This document shows positions 1-8,382 of a stretch of DNA of 64,000 bases, one piece after another. Position 1 is the first letter of the stretch, and the number at the start of each line of letters is the position of its first letter. The stretch lies in the sequence record DRR723986_1737; one strand, given 5' to 3'. The notes beneath the pieces were generated by a model, which saw only the letters and a program-made list of their open reading frames with translations, did not search any database and was not told where the DNA came from. The position numbers and the translations under genes were made by a program.

Positions 1-69
1 GTCAGAGCCCTTTTATGAGGTCGGCCAAGGTTTAAAGATAATTGATCTATGGGCTCTGACCCCTTTTTT
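1..69. repeat. Inverted repeat GTCAGAGCCC (1-10) / GGGCTCTGAC (51-60) followed by CCC and a T-run; probably cut by the window edge
   Basis: Perfect 10-bp inverted repeat with a 40-nt spacer, read directly. Confidence 0.6.
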
Positions 70-74
70 ACTTC

Positions 75-146
75 TAGGCGAAAGCGGACCTTTTGGGGCT
101 GTTTCGCCCCAGGATGGCTGGATGTCCGCTTTCACCTCAAAGCGGC
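75..146. repeat. Palindromic intergenic element, copy A (TAGGCGAAAGCGGAC ... GTCCGCTTTCACCTC)
   Basis: Arms 76-89 and 124-137 are reverse complements with 1 mismatch; inner GGGGC/GCCCC hairpin. Confidence 0.8.
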
Positions 147-229
147 TGCTTATCTACAAAAGCGTCAAACGTAGCCGTAGAACTGAAACCCAGTACAATG
201 GAGTAACTCAGTAACTAAGGGTCGCGGGA

Positions 230-787
230 ATGCATGGTGATCGATCATGGGGAAAGCTGCTTCTCGAGGTTTTCTCAATTGTGCTAGGGGTTCTGCTTGC
301 TTTGGCAGTCAGCGAGTGGCAGCAAGCAAGGGAAAACGAACAGCGTGCCTCGATAGCCCTTCAGAATGTTCAGTTAGAACTTCAGGCTAACCAAGAAATA
401 CTTACCAGGATTCATGAAAATAATCGACAGACTATCGAAAAAGCCCAAAACTCAGAAGACGAAGAGAACGAGATTCTTCAGTTTATCCCAGGTGTGCAGG
501 TGCGCTCGACAGCATGGGACACCCTTCTCGCCAGTGGAATCAGCGTTCATATCAACTATGAGGTGCTGCTGGCGCTATCAGAGACCTATTCCATGCAATC
601 AATATATCGTGAGACGGGCATGAAGCTATTTGAAGCCTCAATGTCTATGGCGGCGATGGCCACTGTAGATGATAAGCAAATCGATAACGAGATCATGCAG
701 GATCAATTCATGGGTACTTTCATGATGCTCCTATCAATGGAGGAGGTGATGCTGGAGAGTTACCGGGAATCGCTGCAGCTATTCTGA
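230..787 (+). CDS. Hypothetical protein with N-terminal membrane anchor and coiled coil (DUF6090-like)
   Basis: 185 aa; LEVFSIVLGVLLALAVSEWQQARE N-terminal pattern. Confidence 0.7.
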   Translation: MHGDRSWGKLLLEVFSIVLGVLLALAVSEWQQARENEQRASIALQNVQLELQANQEILTRIHENNRQTIEKAQNSEDEENEILQFIPGVQVRSTAWDTLLASGISVHINYEVLLALSETYSMQSIYRETGMKLFEASMSMAAMATVDDKQIDNEIMQDQFMGTFMMLLSMEEVMLESYRESLQLF

Positions 788-817
788 ATTGGGCTGAAGG
801 TGAATAGCATTCACACG

Positions 818-881
818 TAGGCGGAAACGGTCATTAATTTACAGTGCGGTTCCAGGTAGGCAAGGTGCCCGTTTCTACCTC
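818..881. repeat. Palindromic intergenic element, degenerate copy B
   Basis: TAGGCGGAAACGGTCA (818-833) ... TGCCCGTTTCTACCTC (866-881); same 48-nt arm offset as copy A. Confidence 0.65.
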
Positions 882-892
882 TTTGACGTCAG

Positions 893-1399
893 TCACCTTA
901 GCCAAACTTCTTCCTCGTCTTCCAGTATGTGTGAGTTGTTTAGTCCGGCGGCTTTGGCAACCGACTGACTGGTGAAATGCTCTCGATGTATGAGCGCCCT
1001 GATATTCGTTATGTCATTTTCAAGCAGCCATGAAGTTAAAGTAACAGTGGCCTCACTTGCGTAACCCATTGCCTGCCACTCAGAACCCACCAGCCATGCT
1101 ATATCTGCCTGAGAGTTTTTTATCGTCGCTTGGACGTAGCCGATTGCTGCATTATCTTCGAGTAGAAACATTATCCATGTTAGCCAGAGTTCGTCACAAT
1201 TTACCGATCTACGTGACTCCAGTGCACTAAACCAGTGCTCGGTGTCCGCAACAGATTTTGGCGGAGTGCCTCCTGTGAAAGCATACAAACTGTAATCAGA
1301 AAGAACTGGGAACATTGCGCTTGCATGCATGCCCAGCACTGGAACAAGTCGAAGACGAGCTGACTGCAAGGATATGCTGCAATCAAGATTTGGAATCAA
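893..1399 (-). CDS. GNAT family N-acetyltransferase (RimJ/RimL-like)
   Basis: 168 aa; LQSARLRL start, IGYVQAT, WQAMGYASEA acetyl-CoA motif, SQSVAKAAGL. Confidence 0.85.
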   Translation of the reverse strand: MIPNLDCSISLQSARLRLVPVLGMHASAMFPVLSDYSLYAFTGGTPPKSVADTEHWFSALESRRSVNCDELWLTWIMFLLEDNAAIGYVQATIKNSQADIAWLVGSEWQAMGYASEATVTLTSWLLENDITNIRALIHREHFTSQSVAKAAGLNNSHILEDEEEVWLR

Positions 1400-1446
1400 A
1401 GAACACTGCCTATTTCAATCGTTACATCTTATTAGCATAGCCCCAT

Positions 1447-1476
1447 GTCAGCTTGTAGGCGATAGCAGACATGTCC
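1447..1476. repeat. Palindromic intergenic element, partial copy C (left hairpin only)
   Basis: GTCAGCTTGTAGGCGATAGCAGAC hairpin containing the TAGGCG core, then ATGTCCGC. Confidence 0.6.
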
Positions 1477-1480
1477 GCGC

Positions 1481-1969
1481 TTACCGTATAGCAATAGCCT
1501 TCGTGAATAGCCAGCCAACTGCCGCACCGACGATGATAGCGGCCCCATAGGCGAGTTGCACTGGCAAAAACACCCATACGGCATCCCAGACGATAAATAC
1601 CTCTCGGAAGACCATCACCATCCCGAAAAGCCCAAAACCATGGGCAACCAAAATTACTGTCAGTCGTGAATCCCTGTCTTTCTTACTTAACGCGCGTTTG
1701 TTCAAAGAAATTCGGGCCACGAACGCGAGGACGATGAAGGGAATAGCCCACCATACTGAAAGCGGTAAGGCAAAACCGATAAAGTACTTGATTGGCACTG
1801 TAGGAGCTGCCTGGGTCATCAAGTACGCCTTTATGGCCAAGCCAACTAACCACGGTGTAAGCATGCTGCTTATGAGTATTCCCCAGAAGACATTCTTTGT
1901 GTTCTGCTCTATCTGCTGTCTCTTGATGGACATCGTCATGGAGCAATAATCTTGAATACTGCTGACCAC
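1481..1969 (-). CDS. Hypothetical integral membrane protein (about 4 TM); start uncertain
   Basis: 162 aa ORF with four hydrophobic segments. Confidence 0.7.
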   Translation of the reverse strand: MVSSIQDYCSMTMSIKRQQIEQNTKNVFWGILISSMLTPWLVGLAIKAYLMTQAAPTVPIKYFIGFALPLSVWWAIPFIVLAFVARISLNKRALSKKDRDSRLTVILVAHGFGLFGMVMVFREVFIVWDAVWVFLPVQLAYGAAIIVGAAVGWLFTKAIAIR

Positions 1970-2010
1970 GCCATGATATGCATCAACATCATTTGTTCTA
2001 TCCGAGAATG

Positions 2011-2087
2011 GTCCGCGATTAGGCGAAAGCGGCCGATTTAGGCCCTTGAACGGGACTGGAGGCTACAGGGGCCGCTATCACCTCAAA
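2011..2087. repeat. Palindromic intergenic element, copy D
   Basis: GTCCGCGATTAGGCGAAAGCGGCC ... GGCCGCTATCACCTCAAA; near-identical to copy E. Confidence 0.85.
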
Positions 2088-2144
2088 TCTGCTGGTCCGA
2101 TAGCAAAACTTGAGCGGCCACTTTTGTCCAGAAGCCGTCTCAAA

Positions 2145-2687
2145 TCATTGCAGGGCCCAAAGAATAAGGGGGCGTACGCTACGTCGGGTGTTGGCATCGA
2201 TACGCTCATCAAATTTGTAGTCAACGCCGTTTACATTCATGTCGAGCTGCAAATAAAGGTACCAATGTTCATTGAAGGGGATGGGCTCAGAGCCGCCAGG
2301 GTCGTACTCGGGTTGGCCCTGCATCCAGAAATTGTCGTCGTAATCTGCAATCAGTTGGGTCGGCTCATCGCTGGGAAAATGGTAGCTGAACGAGCGAATC
2401 TTGATGGATTCAATGTTCGGGTTACGGCCGGCCCGTTTGCCTTTCTCCCGGACGAACACCTGAAAATATACCTGGTCCGGCGTTCGGAACCTCCGGTAAA
2501 GGAAGGGAATATGCGCCTCCTGATCGGGAAAATCTGCCGGATACGTCGAAATGTGAAGCTCGTTGCCATCGTCGACAGGCAGCGTGATGGGGCCATAATA
2601 CTGAACAGTGCTGTCCATACAGCCCTGCAGTAGCAAACCTATAAGAACGGTGCCAGCACCTTGGGCCGATACTTGATAGTGCATCAC
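2145..2687 (-). CDS. Putative lipoprotein of unknown function
   Basis: 180 aa; hydrophobic stretch ending in lipobox-like LLQGC. Confidence 0.65.
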   Translation of the reverse strand: MMHYQVSAQGAGTVLIGLLLQGCMDSTVQYYGPITLPVDDGNELHISTYPADFPDQEAHIPFLYRRFRTPDQVYFQVFVREKGKRAGRNPNIESIKIRSFSYHFPSDEPTQLIADYDDNFWMQGQPEYDPGGSEPIPFNEHWYLYLQLDMNVNGVDYKFDERIDANTRRSVRPLILWALQ

Positions 2688-2770
2688 ATACTTCCGCTTA
2701 ACGTCTTGTGTGAATCAATGGGGGGGCAATTGGTCTCGGCAGCGGACACTTGGGCAAGCTTAGACCAGAT

Positions 2771-2845
2771 GCCGCTTATAGGCGAAAACGACCGATTTAG
2801 GCCCTTGAACGGGCCTGGAGGCTGCAGGGGTCCGCTATCACCTCA
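2771..2845. repeat. Palindromic intergenic element, copy E
   Basis: 2779-2845 matches 2020-2085 with 4 substitutions and 1 indel. Confidence 0.85.
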
Positions 2846-2982
2846 TTGCTGAAGATAACTCGCTTGGGCACTATTCTGGTTCCTTGTCCAACAAGCTATC
2901 GACGGCGCTGTTGAACGATGAGGCGTAGTAGGCGGCCATCGTTTCAGTCCATGTCGGGTAGAGCACTAGACCTGCTTATCGA

Positions 2983-3765
2983 TTATCCGTAATAGGAAAC
3001 GACCGGCGAGTGGACCGCCAGGCCGCCTTCAGCCTGGATTGTCTGTCCCGTGATGTAGCCGGCTGCATCTGAGGACAGAAAGGCTACCAGTTCCGCAATA
3101 TCCTCTGGTTTCCCCAGTCTTGGTGTGAGTGTCTCGGCCTTGTAGCCCTTCATCACCGGCGCAGGTATCAGTGCTTCCGAGGCCGGGGTGACAATCAGTC
3201 CTGGTGCGATCGCGTTGCAGCGGATACCCCGGCCCGAGTACTGGGTTGCGACGTAGCGGGTCAGTGTCATCACGCCTGACTTGGCGACACCGTAGGCCGT
3301 GTTGCTCATGTCGCCCAGCACAGCGCCCATGGAAGCCGTGTTAACGATGGATCCGCCCCCGCTGTCGAGCATTAGTGGTATGCCGAACTTGCAGCCCATG
3401 GCCACACTCTTGAGACAAATCCTGAAGGTGTCATCCCAGGTGTCCAGATCGAGATTGACGATATCCAGGTCGGTCGTCACGTCAGTTGCGCCTACATTGT
3501 TGTGGAGGATGTGCAGGCCACCGAAGGTTTCACGGGTGAATTCGACGACTTCTCGTACGGAGCGCTCTTGCGTGGCATCGAGGAATATCGATACCGCTTG
3601 GCCACCACTGGCGCTGATTTCCTGGGCCACATCCCGGGCACCTTTTTCGTTGAAATCCGCCACGACAACACGCGCGCCCTCCCTGGCCAGCGTCTTCGCC
3701 GTGGCAAGGCCGATCCCGGAGGCAGCCCCGGTAACGATAGCGACTTTCCCATCCAGAGATTTCAT
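2983..3765 (-). CDS. Classical SDR family oxidoreductase
   Basis: TGAASGIG, NNVG, S...YGVAK catalytic motif, PG. Confidence 0.95.
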   Translation of the reverse strand: MKSLDGKVAIVTGAASGIGLATAKTLAREGARVVVADFNEKGARDVAQEISASGGQAVSIFLDATQERSVREVVEFTRETFGGLHILHNNVGATDVTTDLDIVNLDLDTWDDTFRICLKSVAMGCKFGIPLMLDSGGGSIVNTASMGAVLGDMSNTAYGVAKSGVMTLTRYVATQYSGRGIRCNAIAPGLIVTPASEALIPAPVMKGYKAETLTPRLGKPEDIAELVAFLSSDAAGYITGQTIQAEGGLAVHSPVVSYYG

Positions 3766-3834
3766 GGCTCTGCACTCCTGTTTTCGGTGTTTTGCTCGTC
3801 AGGCCCACTATACACCCAGGCCAATTGCGGGAAG

Positions 3835-4608
3835 CTACTGACCCAGCGACCGAAGATCCTCTACCAGGCCGTGGATAACTTCCTGCTTTGCGCTAAGCAG
3901 ATATATAGAGACAGAGTCTCGGGCGATGCTTTGTTGTAGATAGGTCGCCATCCTGGGGTGGGCAACAATGCGTGCCAGGACCTGTTCAGCTTCGTCTTCC
4001 TCGATGCCCAGGTCACAGTCGCTCCTCAACTGTTCCATAAAGCTTCCGCCAGGTGGCATGTAAATACACTCGGCCCGGATCTTGTCCTGCAGCGTGATCG
4101 GCATCACGCCGCGTAATTCCATGCGATAGCGTTTCACCTCGTTGAATACGCTGTTCATTTCCTGTCCGTAGTAGGCCGAGAGCCTTGAGGTTATTTCGGG
4201 GCCACCCAGTCGTTCTACCAGCCCGTTACTCAATAGTGCGTCATATGCGCCACGTAGCGATGTGGCTGGAAGGACGTTGGATGCCTGATACAGTGCGACG
4301 ATAGTTTCCTTGGCATTGCTCTCCTTTTGCGGATTGTCGCTCCAGGCCGACAGCCCCGCCAGCGCATAGCTCCGCACCTGCTCGTAGTAAGCTATATGCG
4401 CTTTGCCTTTGTCCCATTCTATGCTGAGATCGGTAATTAACTGCTCACGATATTCGTCAGCCCGCTGTTGATCGAGACGCCCCTCGTTCCAGCGATCAAG
4501 CTGAAAACCCGCAAAAACACCGACGACGAGAAGCACAAGCTCCACAGCGGCAGTGAACCAGTCATAGTCGCGGAACGATCGCGTAAGGCGAGCGAGAATC
4601 AAGGGCAA
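3835..4608 (-). CDS. Hypothetical membrane-anchored protein (DUF6090-like, same type as 230..787)
   Basis: 257 aa; ELVLLVVGVFAGFQLDRWNE N-terminal pattern; TTG start. Confidence 0.7.
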   Translation of the reverse strand: MPLILARLTRSFRDYDWFTAAVELVLLVVGVFAGFQLDRWNEGRLDQQRADEYREQLITDLSIEWDKGKAHIAYYEQVRSYALAGLSAWSDNPQKESNAKETIVALYQASNVLPATSLRGAYDALLSNGLVERLGGPEITSRLSAYYGQEMNSVFNEVKRYRMELRGVMPITLQDKIRAECIYMPPGGSFMEQLRSDCDLGIEEDEAEQVLARIVAHPRMATYLQQSIARDSVSIYLLSAKQEVIHGLVEDLRSLGQ

Positions 4609-5017
4609 TACCTGTAATCAATCAGTAGGCGCAGGCTGTAGTGTAGCTCAGTTCTCAGATGATTTCGGACTGCTTTGGCCTGTGCTGCGAGGGTGGAAAC
4701 AGGCGGGGCTGGGCCACGCTTAGCCGCGCGCGTCAGAACTGAATCCGTAAGGTCCTGGATGGGGATTCTCTCCAGGATTCCTCGTCAACAAAAAAACCTG
4801 GCCACCTGTTGTTGGTCACTACGGGGGGCATTGATTGATGGGCGTTAGCAGCTTGCAATGCTATGCCTCGTGCCCCCAAATATTCTAAGCAGTCGACTTC
4901 TTATTGTTATTAGAGCTAACGCGCGGCCGTCAGTGGGGTAGCGGTAATCTACACTTTGTACTCCGGGTTTGACCCTGCGGTGACAGGGGCAACCCAAGGG
5001 CTAAAGAGGATAAGGGT

Positions 5018-6082
5018 ATGACGGAACAGACAATGGATATGCAGAAATTCGAGGCGTTGCAAGGAAAGGTCATGGGTGACGTGGGCGGAGCTATGGGCCT
5101 GCTGATGGCCTACATCGGTGACCAGGCCGGCGTTTACCGTGCCCTGGAGGAGGCTGGCAGTTGCAGTGATGACGAATTGGCGAGCCTTACCGGGCTCAAC
5201 CAACGCTATCTGCGTGAGTGGCTGTCGGCCAATGCTGCCTTTGGCTATGTTGATTACGATAGCGAGCGGGACAGTTTCTCGCTCAATCCCGAACAGGCGG
5301 CGCTCTTTGCTCATGAGGGTGACCCCACCTGTATGCAGGGTTTCTTCCAGGCTGTGGTTTCGCAGTATACGACGCATGAGACGGCCGTCGATGTGTTCAA
5401 GACTGGTCGTGGCCGACCCTGGGGCGAGCATCATCAGTGCTGCTTCTGTGGCACCGATCGCTTCTTCCGTCCCGGCTACGCGATGAATCTGGTCAGTAAC
5501 TGGATACCGGCTCTGGATGGCATGGAGGAAAAACTACGCGCGGGCGCCAAGGTGGCAGACGTCGGTTGTGGTCTCGGGTCCTCGACTTTGTTGATGGCCG
5601 AGTCGTATCCGAATTCGATTATTCATGGCTACGATTTCCATCCGCCCTCTATCGATGAGGCGCTTCACAAGGCGGCGGCGGCCGGTCTTGGCAATGTGGA
5701 TTTTCAGGTGTCGACTGCCAAGACCTTTCCCGGGCAGGGTTATGACCTGGTCTGCATCTTTGATGCCTTGCACGATATGGGCGATCCGGTGGGTGCTGCG
5801 CGGCATATCCGCGAATCACTCAAGCCGGGCGGCATCTTCATGCTGGTGGAACCCATGGCGGGTGACAGCCTGGGCGATAACCTTAACCTGCTCTCTGGTA
5901 TCTTCTACGGTTTCTCGACGACGGTTTGTGTGCCCACTTCAAAATCCCAAGAAGTGGGGCTTGGTCTCGGCGCGCAGGCGGGTGAACGACGCCTGACCGA
6001 GGTGCTGACCGATGCAGGATTTACTCATGTGCGCCGGGCCACGGAAACGCCTACCAATCTCGTGCTTGAGGCGGTAGCCTGA
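5018..6082 (+). CDS. Class I SAM-dependent methyltransferase with N-terminal winged helix (Rv2258c-like)
   Basis: RYLREWL wHTH segment, VADVGCGLG motif I, FDALHDMGDP; GAGG RBS. Confidence 0.9.
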   Translation: MTEQTMDMQKFEALQGKVMGDVGGAMGLLMAYIGDQAGVYRALEEAGSCSDDELASLTGLNQRYLREWLSANAAFGYVDYDSERDSFSLNPEQAALFAHEGDPTCMQGFFQAVVSQYTTHETAVDVFKTGRGRPWGEHHQCCFCGTDRFFRPGYAMNLVSNWIPALDGMEEKLRAGAKVADVGCGLGSSTLLMAESYPNSIIHGYDFHPPSIDEALHKAAAAGLGNVDFQVSTAKTFPGQGYDLVCIFDALHDMGDPVGAARHIRESLKPGGIFMLVEPMAGDSLGDNLNLLSGIFYGFSTTVCVPTSKSQEVGLGLGAQAGERRLTEVLTDAGFTHVRRATETPTNLVLEAVA

Positions 6083-6116
6083 GGTCCCAAATGTCTACTC
6101 AGGGAGTTGTTCCGGC

Positions 6117-7292
6117 ATGGCAGAGGGCTTGTTTGACGAATTGCTGGTGCTCGACTGCGCCAGTTTCATAGCGGGGCCAGCGGCCGCCACCATGCTTGCC
6201 GATATGGGCGCTCGGGTCATCAAGGTCGAGCCGCCTGCCGGCGACGGTTATCGGCAACTGCTGCGCCTGCCTGGGCTACCCCAGTCCGACACCAACTACC
6301 CCTGGCGCCATACCAACCGGAGTAAGGAGGGTCTGGCGCTGGATCTCAAGGATCCCGGTCAGCGCGAGGTGCTGGAGGCGCTGATCCGCAAGGCGGATGT
6401 GTTTATCACTAACTACCCCCTGGGCGTGCGGGATAGCCTTGGCTTGACCTTTGATGAGGTTCAGCGCATCAACCCACGGATCATTTACGCTTCATTCACG
6501 CCCTACGGTGAAGCGGGGCCGGAAGCGGCGAGCACCGGCTACGACGCCACGGCCTGGTGGGCGCGCTCCGGGCTGATGGACGCGGTGCGCGCCTCGGGTG
6601 AGACGCCGCCAGCCATCTCCATGCCGGGCATGGGGGACTATATGTCCGCCTGCAGCCTGTATGGTGCGATTGTCACCGGGCTCTACCGGCGGGAGAAAAC
6701 CGGGCAGGGCGGTCGGGTGGGAAGTTCCCTGATGGCGAACGGCCTGTGGTCCAACGCGGTGTGCATACAGGCTGCGCTGGATGGCGCTGATACCAGCAAG
6801 CGGCTCGATCGCGACAAGTTGAGCGCATTTTCCCAGGTGTATCGCTGTGCCGATGATCGCTGGTTCCTGCTGACCGTACTGCCGCAGGTCCAGGACAGAA
6901 TCTGGCCACTGCTTGCCCGCTGCGTAGGGCATTCCGAATGGCTGGATGATGAGCGCTTCGCCTCGATGGAATCGCGGCGCAGGCACAACCAGGAATTGAT
7001 TCGCTTGCTCGAGGAAGCGTTTGCCACGCAGCCCTGGGCGCACTGGCAAGCCGAGATGGAGTCGCTGCACATCACCGCCGGGCGAATTGCCCGCCACGCG
7101 GACCATGGGGAGGATGAGCAGGCGATCGCCAATGGCATGCTGGTCCCCTTCGAGGACGACCCTGGCACCAAAACCATCGACAGCCCGTTTTACATCGATG
7201 GTGTCGCCAAACGCGCACCCCGGCAGGCCCCGGAGGTGGGCCAGCATAATGCCGAGATTCTTGCCGAGCTTGGTATTCGGTTGCCAGGCTGA
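6117..7292 (+). CDS. Family III CoA-transferase (CaiB/BaiF)
   Basis: IAGPAAATMLADMGARVIKVEPP.GD, NRSK..LALDLK, GYD motif. Confidence 0.95.
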   Translation: MAEGLFDELLVLDCASFIAGPAAATMLADMGARVIKVEPPAGDGYRQLLRLPGLPQSDTNYPWRHTNRSKEGLALDLKDPGQREVLEALIRKADVFITNYPLGVRDSLGLTFDEVQRINPRIIYASFTPYGEAGPEAASTGYDATAWWARSGLMDAVRASGETPPAISMPGMGDYMSACSLYGAIVTGLYRREKTGQGGRVGSSLMANGLWSNAVCIQAALDGADTSKRLDRDKLSAFSQVYRCADDRWFLLTVLPQVQDRIWPLLARCVGHSEWLDDERFASMESRRRHNQELIRLLEEAFATQPWAHWQAEMESLHITAGRIARHADHGEDEQAIANGMLVPFEDDPGTKTIDSPFYIDGVAKRAPRQAPEVGQHNAEILAELGIRLPG

Positions 7293-7311
7293 GTGGCCAT
7301 AGCCAGCGGCT

Positions 7312-8382
7312 CTAAGGCTGGCAGGGCCTTATCGCAGCGCCGTTGGAATCGAAAATAATCAGGTGATGCAGGTCGAAGCTCACCGGCATCTGTGCGCCGG
7401 GCTCGAACAGCACGTGGCTTTCCGTGGTGCAGGGAACGTGCTGCCCGTCGGGCAACACCAGGTCGTAGAGAAAGTGTGCCCCGCGAAATGAGCGGCCGGC
7501 AATAGTGAGACGGCTGCTGCTGTTCGGGTCGTACTGCACATCATCCGGCCGCACCAGCATATGGAGTTTCCCGGCGCCTGCGGCGCGGGCAAGTTCTGGC
7601 GGCAGTGCGCCGAAGCCGTTGTTCAGTTGCCCCGCCTGGTCGGCCTCCACTTCGATCACGGTGCCGCGACCGATAAAACCTGCGGCGAACAGGTTGGCAG
7701 GTTGATGGTAAAGATCGTAGGCCGTGTCGGTTTGCACCACCCGGCCCTGGTTGAGCAGCGTCACCTGGTCGGCGATGGCAAAGGCCTCGTGCTGGTCGTG
7801 AGTAACCATGATGGCGGTCATGTTCTTTGTTCGTAGCAGCTCGCGCACTTCCAGTGCCAGTTGTTCACGCAGCTCTGTGTCGAGACTGGAGAAGGGTTCG
7901 TCCAGGAGCAGGATATCGGGATCCGGCGCCAGTGCGCGTGCCAACGCGACCCGCTGCTGCTGGCCACCGGACAGCTCGTGTGGCATGGCCTCAGACCAGG
8001 GTTCGAGTCCGGTCAGCTGCAGCATTTCGTCAACCTTCCGCTGACGTTCCGGCGCGGCCAGCGCCTTGAGCCCAAAGCCGATATTGCGGCGCACGTTCAG
8101 GTGCGGGAACAGGGCAAAATCCTGGAATACCATGCCGATACGCCGCTGCTCCGGTGCCACCCGAGTCCCAACCTTGCTCAGTTCCCGGTCCCCGAGGGTA
8201 ATGGTTCCGCCAGCCAGCGGTTCAAAGCCCGCAATTGCCCGCAGCAGGCTGGTCTTGCCGCAGCCGGATGGGCCCAGCAGGCAGGCGATAGCGCCGTCGG
8301 CTACGGTCAGGGAGGCGTCGCGGACGGCGACGATCTCTCCGTAGCTGACGCTGACTGAGGCAAGTGCCAGGGGTTTACCCAC
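7312..8382 (-). CDS. fbpC: Fe3+ ABC transporter ATP-binding protein
   Basis: GPSGCGKT, LSGGQQQR, LLLDEP; GTG start at 8382 after AGGAGG. Confidence 0.9.
   Translation of the reverse strand: MGKPLALASVSVSYGEIVAVRDASLTVADGAIACLLGPSGCGKTSLLRAIAGFEPLAGGTITLGDRELSKVGTRVAPEQRRIGMVFQDFALFPHLNVRRNIGFGLKALAAPERQRKVDEMLQLTGLEPWSEAMPHELSGGQQQRVALARALAPDPDILLLDEPFSSLDTELREQLALEVRELLRTKNMTAIMVTHDQHEAFAIADQVTLLNQGRVVQTDTAYDLYHQPANLFAAGFIGRGTVIEVEADQAGQLNNGFGALPPELARAAGAGKLHMLVRPDDVQYDPNSSSRLTIAGRSFRGAHFLYDLVLPDGQHVPCTTESHVLFEPGAQMPVSFDLHHLIIFDSNGAAIRPCQP

Noticed and set aside
2046-2633. 195-aa plus-strand ORF, and 2661..2852, which share LNG.GG.RG peptides
   Set aside because: The shared peptide is just translation of repeat copies D and E; the minus-strand lipoprotein is more credible
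75-2845. Classical integron attC sites or CRISPR repeats
   Set aside because: No RYYYAAC/GTTRRRY core ends and no integrase; spacers are whole genes rather than 30-40 nt; no cas genes
4640-4715. GTGTAGCTCAGTT resembling a tRNA 5' end
   Set aside because: No T-loop GTTCGA, acceptor stem or cloverleaf follows
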